Source of the DNA: an uncultured delta proteobacterium | GTDB taxonomy: Bacteria; Myxococcota_A; Polyangia; Fen-1088 | DNA: 64,000 nucleotides | Assembly (NCBI GenBank): GCA_963755125.1 | Contig: CAVWIP010000008.1 | Location: 352,001-416,000 of the forward strand | Direction: 5' to 3' | Part shown: positions 10,334-19,155 of the stretch, piece by piece | Numbering within the stretch: position 1 is the stretch's first letter | Layout of the letters: each line of letters opens with the position of its first letter | Made by a program: the position numbers and the translations under genes | Notes under the pieces: model-generated | Databases searched by the model: none | What the model saw: the letters and a program-made list of their open reading frames with translations, nothing else | What the model was told of the DNA's origin: nothing

Positions 10334-12406
10334 TTACTGGGCGATCGCGACAGGCAGGTCTTGCAAGGAGTTCATGACGGTGCTGGCCACCCTTCCGCGC
10401 CCGTCCAGCAAAACAAACGCGGGCAGATCTTGCACGCCGTAGCGGAACATGATCTGCCGGCCAGGATCGCGACCCACGGGACTCGGGAAACCTTCTCGGC
10501 GTGCGAAGAAGCGGTCGAGGGCGGATTCGCTATCACTAGTTATCGCCAAAATGGGAATGTCACGCCTGCTGGCCACATTCCAGACCTCTCGTGCAGCAGC
10601 CCCGCACTTCCTGCACCAGACGGACCAAAAGAAGAGAAGCAGCGGCTTCCCTGAGCCGACGGACGGCATATCACCCCGGTACGGGACCAGCTGCAATTCT
10701 GGAGCCGGCTCTCCCAACCGCAACTCGGGTTGGTTGAGAAAGTCGCTTGCAGAAGCTTGCTCCCTGATGCTGTTCACCTGAGCCAAATCCTCATCCAATG
10801 GTGGAAGTGCCGGAGCACGGGGGCCCTCGGTTGTTCTTGGCAGCTTCAGGTCGAGACCCTCGCAGTCCACAAGCTTCTGCCAAGTTGCTCGTTCCCACGG
10901 ATGCCCTTCGATATAGAGCAGTCCAGCTACAGAATTCAGCACCGTCACCATCCTCAGCAGCACAGCCGCACGAATCTTCATGTGAAAGGCAAGTTGGTAA
11001 AGTGTATCCCGCTCCTCCTTTGCCGTTTGCGCCTTCCGGTCGCCGCCCTCGTGCGGAAAGGCGGCGAGAGCTGAAGCCAGTTGCGTACCCAGCCGCGAGC
11101 GCCCGACTGCATCCATCGCCTTCAGGACCGTGGGGTCGAGTGAATCCCGCCACTCGGGCCGTGAGGCGACGAAGCGAGCGAATTCTTTGCGGTTCATCTC
11201 CTCCATCGCTCTGTTGATCTCGCTCGCAAGATGCTCAAGCGCGGCGGATTGGCCCTCCATGGAACGTCCCCACGAAGCCGCAGCAGCGCGGCTGTGTAGG
11301 GTGGGTAGGCCGAATTGGGCAGCCATCCGTTGCAAACGCTGGTCGTGGCCGGCGAATGCTGCTGGCTGTGCCCAGGCTTGTTGCAGGAGGTCGTCTACCA
11401 ATCGTGCGAGGGAGACCTGACGAGCTTGGGCAGCCTTCGCCAACAGCGCGGCCATGAACCGATCGGATGTGCGAACTGGTACGTCCGGGGTGTCGTCAGT
11501 CTCTAGTGCCAGCTCGTGCGAAAGCGCAAAGCGGCCCGCTGTCGTGGAGAGCGCCTGCAAGAAGGCGAATGAATAACCAACGTTGGACTTGTCCTGCGTT
11601 TCCGGGTAGCTCCCGTACGACATCCGGTCAGCCGTAGTCGAGAAGAATCCGCAGAATCTACCCGTGGGCTCCTTTCCGGGGATATCGATGTCGGCGAGCG
11701 CGGCGAATCCTCCCGAGTAGCATTGCGACATGAGCGCGACCACACGTACCGACGAGTCCACCGTTGCGAGCGAGTCTCGCAGCTCTCGAACCGATAGCCC
11801 CTGTCCAGGTCCGTAGCCCCATAGCGTGATCTTATTGTCCTCGACATCTGCACCACGGCTTCCGTGGTCGGTGACATAGAGGAGTAAAGTGTCGCCTGCA
11901 TGTAACTGTTGGCCTACGGTGAGCAACCAAATCGACAAGGATGCCTTCGTGGCTGGATACAGCGTGGCTCCCCGAACTTCGGAATTCCCCATAACCTGCC
12001 TGGGTGAGAAGTACTCCTCCACGGCGGTTCCGGTCAGTCTCCAGGCATCAGGGCCGAGCCCTTCCTCCCTCAGGACGAGATCGGGTTCTGGGTCATTGCC
12101 GTCCCCAGCGAGCACCGTGATTCGGTCCGACGGAACACCAGCGGTGTGCAAGAGATCCACCAGTTCCTGCAGATGCACGAGATGGGAGAAGAAGTTCTTT
12201 CGAGGAGAGGCTCCACCGTTGATGGCGAGCACGAACAAACGCGGTCGAGCGGTCTCGCCCGGCCCATCTGGCCTCGCGTCTGGCGTGCTGTTCTCGACGA
12301 GTTGTCTCTTCGTTGACATTCCCCTTGGAATCAGTTGATGCCAGGCGAGTGCGAAGAGGGCGACTATCGAGAATAGCGCCAGGATTCTGAACGGCCATGC
12401 ACGCAT
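10334..12406 (-). CDS. Secreted or membrane-anchored clan CD (C13/caspase-like) cysteine peptidase fused to a C-terminal TlpA-like thioredoxin domain
   Basis: N-terminal hydrophobic segment; LLYVTDHG and LMSQCYSGGF dyad motifs; FWSVWCRKC and LPAFVLLD. Confidence 0.75.
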   Translation of the reverse strand: MRAWPFRILALFSIVALFALAWHQLIPRGMSTKRQLVENSTPDARPDGPGETARPRLFVLAINGGASPRKNFFSHLVHLQELVDLLHTAGVPSDRITVLAGDGNDPEPDLVLREEGLGPDAWRLTGTAVEEYFSPRQVMGNSEVRGATLYPATKASLSIWLLTVGQQLHAGDTLLLYVTDHGSRGADVEDNKITLWGYGPGQGLSVRELRDSLATVDSSVRVVALMSQCYSGGFAALADIDIPGKEPTGRFCGFFSTTADRMSYGSYPETQDKSNVGYSFAFLQALSTTAGRFALSHELALETDDTPDVPVRTSDRFMAALLAKAAQARQVSLARLVDDLLQQAWAQPAAFAGHDQRLQRMAAQFGLPTLHSRAAAASWGRSMEGQSAALEHLASEINRAMEEMNRKEFARFVASRPEWRDSLDPTVLKAMDAVGRSRLGTQLASALAAFPHEGGDRKAQTAKEERDTLYQLAFHMKIRAAVLLRMVTVLNSVAGLLYIEGHPWERATWQKLVDCEGLDLKLPRTTEGPRAPALPPLDEDLAQVNSIREQASASDFLNQPELRLGEPAPELQLVPYRGDMPSVGSGKPLLLFFWSVWCRKCGAAAREVWNVASRRDIPILAITSDSESALDRFFARREGFPSPVGRDPGRQIMFRYGVQDLPAFVLLDGRGRVASTVMNSLQDLPVAIAQ

Positions 12407-13016
12407 CCGTCGACCTATCTTGAACTTCTCTGCGGGCTCGATCGCAAGCCTGCACTCCAACGGGGGAAGCCCCTACTCCCCCAGAGCCGCGGCGCACTTG
12501 CGCGGCCTGTCGTCTGATTCAGTCCTCGAAGTGGTGGGTAGTAAAGAACACGGCACTCGTCGAGTCTGCGAACGTACGCAGTGAGGCAGTCGGACTCGGC
12601 CTTGGTGCGCTTGCCCTGGGCCTTGCGGATGTCGTCGCGCGACGCCGGGATAGCCTTGATGAGGAGGCCGAAAACCGTATTTGCGCCTAGAGCCTTGGCG
12701 ACCATGGTGCTCATTGTAGCCGCGATTGGCAGCGTGGGCGCGGGAGAGTGCCCGCGCCCCGCGAGCGTCCATGCCGTCTCGGCTTCGACCGCACGGGCGC
12801 CGGCTCCATCTCCTCGGTGCGGGGCTCGCAGCGCCGCGGTTCGTGCCATGGCCGCCGCGTCCCAAGCCCTGCACCTGCGCTCGTGCGCGGTTGCGCACAT
12901 GAGCGAGACCGCGCCTCGTGCTCGCTCCGGAAGCAGGACATGGTCCGCTCCATGGACCCCGTCTGGAACATGAGTTTTGAATTCGGCAATCTTATCGCGT
13001 GGAACGAAATACCCAA

Positions 13017-14774
13017 TCAACGCGCCGGCATCTGCTTTTCGGGCGGAAGCGCGGGCGGAATGGTCAAGGGGCCGACTTCGTTGGCCAACTCGACGGGATC
13101 GAGGCGGGCGCGGGTGGCGGCCCAGTACTTGGGCGCCAGCTCCAGGTAGCGGTCACGCGGCCACTGGCCGAGGATGCGGAAAAGGTCGCGCAGGTATTCC
13201 TCGGGATCGAGGCGATGGAGGCGCGCCGAGGCGATGAGGGAAAACAGGTGGCCGGCGCTGGTGCCGTGGTCGTCGCTGCCGACAAACAGCCATGCCTTTC
13301 TGCCCACGGCAATCCTGCGCAAGGCACCCTCGGAATGGTTGTTATCCAGCCGCAGTCTTCCATCGTCGAGGAAACGCATGAGCGCGGTCTTCTGGCGCGA
13401 GAGGTACCCCAAAGCGCTGCGCAGGGGGCCGCGAATGGCGCGGACTTTTTCGTATTCGACTTGCACCCATGCGAAGAAAGCCTCGACCAGCGGCCGACTG
13501 TGGAGGTTGCGCAGTCGCTTGATCTCGTCGGGCGGCTTGCCTCGCCAGGTTTTCTCCAGCGCATAGATGCGGCTGATGCGAAACAGCCCCTCGCGGGCTA
13601 TCTCGCTCTTGGTGGTAATGGCGGTCTCCCACAGGCCGCGCCGTCCGTGCGTCCAGCATCCGACTTCAAAGCGCCGATCTTCGACGGAATCCGTCGCGCC
13701 GATGCCGTCGGGCGGGCGAAACAGGATGTCGTAGACATTCTTGGCGTCAGCCTGCACGTAGCCTTTGAAGCCCTTGAACATCTCGCCGACCGCCGCACTG
13801 GTCTCGCGTGGCGTGAACTCAAAGAAGATGTGGTCGCAATCCGCGATTTGAACGAAAAAGTGACTGTGCCGGCAGGGCTGACGTTTCTTGTCACCGGTGG
13901 GAATCGGTTGCACAGCCACGCCGGTCGCGTCGGTCGACAGACAGAACGCGGTGGCCAGCGCCTCCTTGCGCGCCGCCGCGATGACCGTCGCGCCGGCCGT
14001 GGCGCCCGCATCTTCGAGCCAGCGGCACATGGTACCCCGGTCGACAGGCGTGCCGTCGCGGCCAAAGCGATCTTCAATGCGGAAAAGCGGCAATCCCTGG
14101 AGGTGCTTCTCGGCAATGACGTACGAGAGCAACGAGGGGGCGGCCAGCGAGCGCGGGAACGTCTCGTCCGGCATTGGCGCGGTTGCGATGGTGGCTTCCT
14201 TCTCGGCGTTGAGCGTGCGGTACTTCACCCGGGCAATGACCAGACGGCGATGGCCGCCGCGCTGCCAAGCCAGTTTGTAGCTTTCTTCAAATCCAATCCG
14301 TTCGGCCTTCCCGGCGCGCACCAACTCGTCGAACACCGGATCGGCGATCTCGACGCGTACTTCGGGAATTTCGACTTTGCTCAGGTTGCGACGACCAGTG
14401 GGCTTCTTCTTGTCAGTGGTCTTCGTGCCAGCGTCGGTGCTCGCGCCGGTCCCCGTGTCGCTGGGGTTGGACTCCAATCCCAGCCGGCCTGACAGAGCGT
14501 CCAGCGCCGCGAGCTTTTGTCCGAACTCCAGCTCAAGCTGGGTGCTGTCGACCCGCTCGGCCTTGGCAATGAAAATACGCCGGCGCAATAGCTCAAGGTC
14601 CTGGCGCAGACGCTCGTGTGAAGCGCGCAGATGGTCGCACTCCTGGGTGAGGTGCTCGACCAGTGCGCGGCTTTCCGCATGAGCGGCCCGCTCTGTTGCG
14701 AGCGCCGACTGCAATGCGAGCACCTGGGCAATCAGTGCATCGCTTGTCTGCGTTGCTTGCGGCGTCTCACTCAT
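13017..14774 (-). CDS. tnpC: IS66 transposase TnpC
   Basis: DATG, QADA, GCWTHGRR, LDNNHSEGALR...GRKAWLF. Confidence 0.95.
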   Translation of the reverse strand: MSETPQATQTSDALIAQVLALQSALATERAAHAESRALVEHLTQECDHLRASHERLRQDLELLRRRIFIAKAERVDSTQLELEFGQKLAALDALSGRLGLESNPSDTGTGASTDAGTKTTDKKKPTGRRNLSKVEIPEVRVEIADPVFDELVRAGKAERIGFEESYKLAWQRGGHRRLVIARVKYRTLNAEKEATIATAPMPDETFPRSLAAPSLLSYVIAEKHLQGLPLFRIEDRFGRDGTPVDRGTMCRWLEDAGATAGATVIAAARKEALATAFCLSTDATGVAVQPIPTGDKKRQPCRHSHFFVQIADCDHIFFEFTPRETSAAVGEMFKGFKGYVQADAKNVYDILFRPPDGIGATDSVEDRRFEVGCWTHGRRGLWETAITTKSEIAREGLFRISRIYALEKTWRGKPPDEIKRLRNLHSRPLVEAFFAWVQVEYEKVRAIRGPLRSALGYLSRQKTALMRFLDDGRLRLDNNHSEGALRRIAVGRKAWLFVGSDDHGTSAGHLFSLIASARLHRLDPEEYLRDLFRILGQWPRDRYLELAPKYWAATRARLDPVELANEVGPLTIPPALPPEKQMPAR

Positions 14775-14852
14775 TGACGAATTTCTTGTAGCGACTTGCG
14801 ATTGATTTGTCGACCCCCTTTTGTAGAAAAGAATGCTAATTGCGTGCTGTTG

Positions 14853-15212
14853 TCAGTGCATTTGTGACCGCAGTGGAATTTGCGCCCGCGATGGCCGCTT
14901 CTCCACATCAATGCCGTCGAGCAAATCGTCCAGTGTGGCCTCGTCGACCTCAATCGTCGCAGTTTCGCCTGGACGCGGTTCGGGCAAACGGAACGTCCGA
15001 CGGTCAAGCCGCTTGTAGAACAAACACAGGCCAGAGCCGTCATGGAAAAGCACCTTGATGGCTTCCCGTCGCTTGCCGAAAAATACGAACATTGCGCTGC
15101 CGCGAGCGTCGCGCCCCATCCGTTCAGCCACCACGCCCGCCAATCGATCAAAGCTCCAGCGGAGGTCGATTGGCTCGATCCCAATGAAGATCTCGACGCC
15201 GTGGGGAATCAT
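14853..15212 (-). CDS. tnpB: IS66 accessory protein TnpB
   Basis: PIDLRWSFDRL...FVFFGKRREAIKVLFHDGSGLCLFYKRL. Confidence 0.95.
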   Translation of the reverse strand: MIPHGVEIFIGIEPIDLRWSFDRLAGVVAERMGRDARGSAMFVFFGKRREAIKVLFHDGSGLCLFYKRLDRRTFRLPEPRPGETATIEVDEATLDDLLDGIDVEKRPSRAQIPLRSQMH

Positions 15213-15589
15213 CGCCCACCACCCCGCGCCCTACGTGTCTCGATTTCGTCGAGCACCGCTGAAAACGTAGCGCGGTCAAACCCCGGCGGCACGGCGATGC
15301 GAATGCCCAATAGCTCGACCGACAACGACACCCTCGTCGCTTCCGCCGCCCGCTCTTGTCTGGGGCCTCGGACCAGCCGCGCTAACGGCACGCTGTCCGT
15401 CTTGGCCAGCGCCGGAGCCGGCGTTGCCACCGCTTGCGCAGCACTCGCCGCCGCTTCCGAGCGCATCTTTGCCCTCCAGTACCACAGCTGGTGCGGAGCG
15501 AAACCCCGACCCTCAGCGAATTTGACTGCGCTCAGCCCACTCGCTCGCCATTCGCTGACTCGTTCGCTCCACGTCTTTGCATTTGCCAT
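15209..15589 (-). CDS. tnpA: IS66 accessory protein TnpA
   Basis: W..RV.EWRASGLS...F...G......YW; position in the element. Confidence 0.88.
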   Translation of the reverse strand: MANAKTWSERVSEWRASGLSAVKFAEGRGFAPHQLWYWRAKMRSEAAASAAQAVATPAPALAKTDSVPLARLVRGPRQERAAEATRVSLSVELLGIRIAVPPGFDRATFSAVLDEIETRRARGGGR

Positions 15590-15947
15590 GCGCCCAAACG
15601 TGCCCTACCAAGCGACACGCTTCCAGACGGGGTCCGTGCATCGGATACGTCCGCTCCATCATCAAGGCGCCCAGCGCGACGATTTTCTCCTCGGCACCGT
15701 CGTACAGCTGCGCGCCAGAACATTCTAGAGTTTGGGCGGTGAACTGCAACAAGCGCGAAATTGCAGAAGGAATTCGCCCTGCCCTGACTTGCCTCGTTGA
15801 CCGGCGCGATCAACCCTAACGCATGGCGACCTCACCCTGCCGTCGTGTACCCAAAATCATCGACGAGAGCCAAAGCAAGTCCAGGCCGTCTTTCAGCGGT
15901 GTCCGGGACGACCAGACGGTCCGGCGCCCGCGCAGTCTTGCGAGTCC

Positions 15948-16226
15948 CTACTCATCGAGCAACCCCATGACGGCGAGCAGGACCTTGCGCAGCTCGCGCG
16001 GTTCATGCTGCTCGGCCCAAGCACGCCAGGCGTCCGCAAGCCCGCTGGCCACAGGATCTGCGGCTTCAGAATTCTGGCTGTGCGTAGCCAGAATGTGACG
16101 TTCCGGGACGCTTCCTGACGTTTCCTGACGTTCCAACTCCGCTAAATCATTGAAATCATGAGCGTCTCGCTGGATTGAGGTGCTAGCGGTTAACAGCCAT
16201 GGGGGTTCAAGTCCCCCTCCTCGCAC
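15948..16226. repeat. Island end arm plus att core, copy 1 (inverted relative to 27093-27371)
   Basis: Near-identical ~280-bp inverted copy; contains tandem TGACGTT(T)CC arm-like repeats at ~16096-16134. Confidence 0.92.
16175..16226 (+). other. att core: 3' part of tRNA-Leu(GAG), not a complete tRNA
   Basis: TTGAGGTGCTAG, long variable arm, GGGGGTTCAAGTCCCCC T-arm and acceptor strand. The 5' half is absent; a hairpin plus T-run follows. Confidence 0.88.
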
Positions 16227-16278
16227 TGCGGAACCCCTTGGAAGTAATGGGGTTTTTTAATCCCCTACCCTGCTGACT

Positions 16279-17160
16279 CTATGCAGCTCTCGGCTTAGCG
16301 GTAACCACTTTCCGACCCCTGGTTACCGCTTTTTGACCACCCTGCAGCACCTGGAGATTGCTTCTCAGGTTTGCGTTCTCCAGCACCTCCCGATCTACGT
16401 AGTGACGTTTGGTAACACTGAACGAGGTGTGACCCAGGGCCTTGGCCACCACCTGCCCGGTGGCTCCAAAACCTGCAGCAAGTGTGCTGTGCAACCCCCG
16501 CATCGAGTGGGCACAGACAACCGGTAGACCAGCACTCTTGCAGAGCGACCTGGTTCGACGAAGCAAAGCATCAAGTCGTTGCTTCCGTTCATTCCCGCAG
16601 GGCTTGGGAAACACAGCCTTGAACTCGAACAAGAAATCCTCCGGCTGACGGTCTTTGGTGAGGCCCTGGAGGAATGGTCGGAACACCTTTGCCACTTCCA
16701 CCGCACGCTTGCCTGCCTCGGTCTTTGACTTCTCCACCCACAGCACGGTGCCATCTGCATCCAGGTCCCTGATCTGCAGGCCCATGATTTCCCCAGGACG
16801 AAGACCTGTGTAGACCATAGCGGCACAGGCGAGAGCCAGAGGATCATCCGAGTTCTTCAACGCCTCTTCCACGAACCTCTTGGCTTCATCTATGTGCAGC
16901 TGCTTCTTGCCCCGCTTCTTCCTCCCCTCTACCTCAACGTCCACCAAGGGGTCTCGCTTGAGCAACCCGGCCTTCATGACGTAGCTCACCAAGCCGTTGG
17001 CAGCTGCTCGAATTCCGAACTGGCTGTCTGCTGACTGCGTTACCACGTGCTCGGACCAAGCCCTCCTCCATGGGAACGCCTCAACCGGTACCAGGTCTCG
17101 TCCTTGGATGACCGTCCCCAGCCTGTAGCCAAGGGTCTTGATGGTGGATGCTCTGAGGCT
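16279..17160 (-). pseudogene. Tyrosine integrase, N-terminus removed by IS3 copy 2
   Basis: YTGLRPGE, KSKT, HSMR, LGH, RHY. The frame stays open up to the IS end at 17161; the gene is adjacent to the att core. Confidence 0.88.
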
Positions 17161-17191
17161 TGGAGTTGACCCGATTTGGTGGACGGTTTCG

Positions 17192-18076
17192 TTACGCAGC
17201 TTTCTTACCAGCTTTCTTCACTGAGTGCATCAGCTCAAATTCGATTGGGCTGTTGTAATTGAGCGCCGAATGACGGCGGCAAGGATTGTAGAAGCCTTCG
17301 ATGTACTCGCCAATCGAGAGGTTAGCTGCCTCCCAGCTTTCGAGATCGTCGATGTCTTCCAACTCGCGCTTGAGGGTCGCGAAGAAACTCTCGGCCACGG
17401 CATTATCCCAGCAGTCTCCCTTCCGGCTCATGCTGCATTCTATGCTTCCGGCTTCCAAGGCTTTGCGGTAGTCGTCGCTCGCGTACGTGCTGCCTCGATC
17501 TGAGTGGTGAACCAGGCCGCTGCCGGGCTGGCGTTGGCACAAGGCCATGGCCAGTGCCGCGAGCGCGAGGTGGCGATCGACATTCCGACTGGTCGCCCAG
17601 CCGACAACCCGCCTGGAAAACAGGTCGAGAATCACCGCGAGGTACAGCCAGCCTTGCTGCGTCCACAGAAACGTGATGTCAGTGACCCACGACTGGTTTG
17701 GACGAAGCGCGGTGAAGTTGCGCTCCAGCACATTCGGCGCGATGGGGAAGCTGTGCTTCGAGTCGGTGGTCGTGCGAAAACGATGACGACAGCGCGCCAC
17801 CAGCTTGTTTTCGCGCATCAGCCTGGCCACCCGCTTGCAACCCACCCGATCCCCGGAAGCTTTGAGGTCGGCATGAACACGGGGACTGCCGTATCGTCGC
17901 CGGCTCCCGTGATGAATCGCGGCTATCCGCTCGGACAGATCCTGGTCACGGCGTGCGTGCAACGAGGCGGGCCGTCCCTGGCTGGCGTAGTAGCCACTGG
18001 GCGAAACGGCCAAGACACGGCAGAGGACCGCGACGGGGAAGGCCACCTTCTCCTCGGAGATGAACGCAAACCTCAC
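17192..18076 (-). CDS. IS3 transposase OrfB (DDE)
   Basis: WVTDIT, HHSDRGS, DNAVAESFF, YNPCRRHS. Confidence 0.95.
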   Translation of the reverse strand: MRFAFISEEKVAFPVAVLCRVLAVSPSGYYASQGRPASLHARRDQDLSERIAAIHHGSRRRYGSPRVHADLKASGDRVGCKRVARLMRENKLVARCRHRFRTTTDSKHSFPIAPNVLERNFTALRPNQSWVTDITFLWTQQGWLYLAVILDLFSRRVVGWATSRNVDRHLALAALAMALCQRQPGSGLVHHSDRGSTYASDDYRKALEAGSIECSMSRKGDCWDNAVAESFFATLKRELEDIDDLESWEAANLSIGEYIEGFYNPCRRHSALNYNSPIEFELMHSVKKAGKKAA

Positions 18077-18378
18077 GCGCTCTCCTTGGCGAAGAAGGTG
18101 GCCGCCCTTTTTAAAATCTCACGCTCCATGCGGAGGACTTTCACCTCGCGACGCAGATGCGAAAGTTCTTCCTTCTCGGCGGTCGTCAGGGCGCCAGCAG
18201 GGCCCTTGCCCTCGTCTACCCTCGACTGCCGATCCCACTGGTACACCAGGCTGCTTGCCACCCTGAAGTCCTTTGCTACCTGCGCGACGCTGCGTCCTGC
18301 ACGGACGAGCGCCACCAAGTCTGCCTTGAACTCGCGCGTGTGCATGCGCCGGGATCGCTTCTTCTCTTTGTCCAACAT
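18073..18378 (-). CDS. IS3 transposase OrfA (HTH)
   Basis: EFKADLV...VAQVA...EREILKRAATFFA. Confidence 0.93.
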   Translation of the reverse strand: MLDKEKKRSRRMHTREFKADLVALVRAGRSVAQVAKDFRVASSLVYQWDRQSRVDEGKGPAGALTTAEKEELSHLRREVKVLRMEREILKRAATFFAKESA

Positions 18379-18440
18379 GTGGTCACCTTTCTACGCCCAT
18401 TTTCCTGAGCGAGGGTGTCCACCAAACCGGGTCAAGTCCA

Positions 18441-18935
18441 ATCTTCTTCCGCCAAGTGTACGCATTCTTCATCGTCCACCTCGCGTCGAGGCGAGTGGTC
18501 CACGTTGCCGCGACTCGGAATCCCACGCAGGAGTGGACGGCACAACAACTGCGGAATGCGACCATGGACGGCGATGCTCCGCGTTTCCTCCTGCGCGACC
18601 GTGACGACAAGTTCGGCTCCGCGTTCGACCATGTGGCGAAGGGCGCCGGGACGAAGGTGATCAAGATCGCAGTGCGAGCCCCCAACATGAATGCGATCGC
18701 AGAGAGATTTGTGGGCAGTGGCAGGCGTGAGCTGCTCGACCACGTCATCCTGCTCGGCGACCGGCACCTGGATTCACTGGTTCGCGAGTACAAGGTCTAC
18801 TTCAATGAGGCTCGACCCCATCAGGGGATCGGACAGCGCGTGCCGTCTGGCATTCGGCATCACGACCTGAGCAAGCCGATTGTCATCAGATCTGTGCTCC
18901 GCGGTCTGCATGCTGACTACCGGAGGGCCGCGTAA
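18441..18935 (+). pseudogene. Truncated integrase-core (rve) transposase
   Basis: RDRDDKF, PNMNAIAERFV, YFNEARPHQG; begins at the IS3 end. Confidence 0.85.
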
Positions 18936-19098
18936 TCAATGAAGTTCTCGACGGACGAGCAAGGTAGCCACCACGCAGGGAGAGATCTGCTCTTGACCGA
19001 CCCGCCACTTCATAGTCGGCGAACAGGTCTGCACGCTGACTACCGGAGGGCCGCGTAATCAATGAAGTTCTCGACGGACGAGCAAGGTAGCTACCACG
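18903..19098 (+). repeat. Direct duplication (~73 bp) of the 3' end of the rve element
   Basis: 18903-18975 vs 19026-19098, 2 mismatches seen. Confidence 0.9.
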
Positions 19099-19155
19099 GG
19101 GATCGTATCGAAGGTCCTCGTGCGCAGCTGAGTTGCTAAGTCCTCACGGTTCGCT

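Larger units (their letters stand above)
12951..15648 (-). mobile_element. IS66-family element
   Basis: tnpA-tnpB-tnpC order. IR GTATCCGATGCACGGACCCCGTCTGGAA ends at 15648, with a partial partner at 12951-12968. 8-bp GTCCGCTC lies on both flanks. Confidence 0.9.
17161..18440 (-). mobile_element. IS3-family element, copy 2 (orfA/orfB intact)
   Basis: Same IRs as copy 1; no matching TSD. Confidence 0.95.

Noticed and set aside
15948..16226. ORFs starting MRGGGLEPPWLLTAST (also 27093-27371)
   Set aside because: The N-terminus is the antisense of the tRNA fragment. Only the last ~35 codons might be a real small ORF.
16175..16226. Functional tRNA-Leu gene
   Set aside because: D-arm and 5' acceptor strand are missing in both copies.
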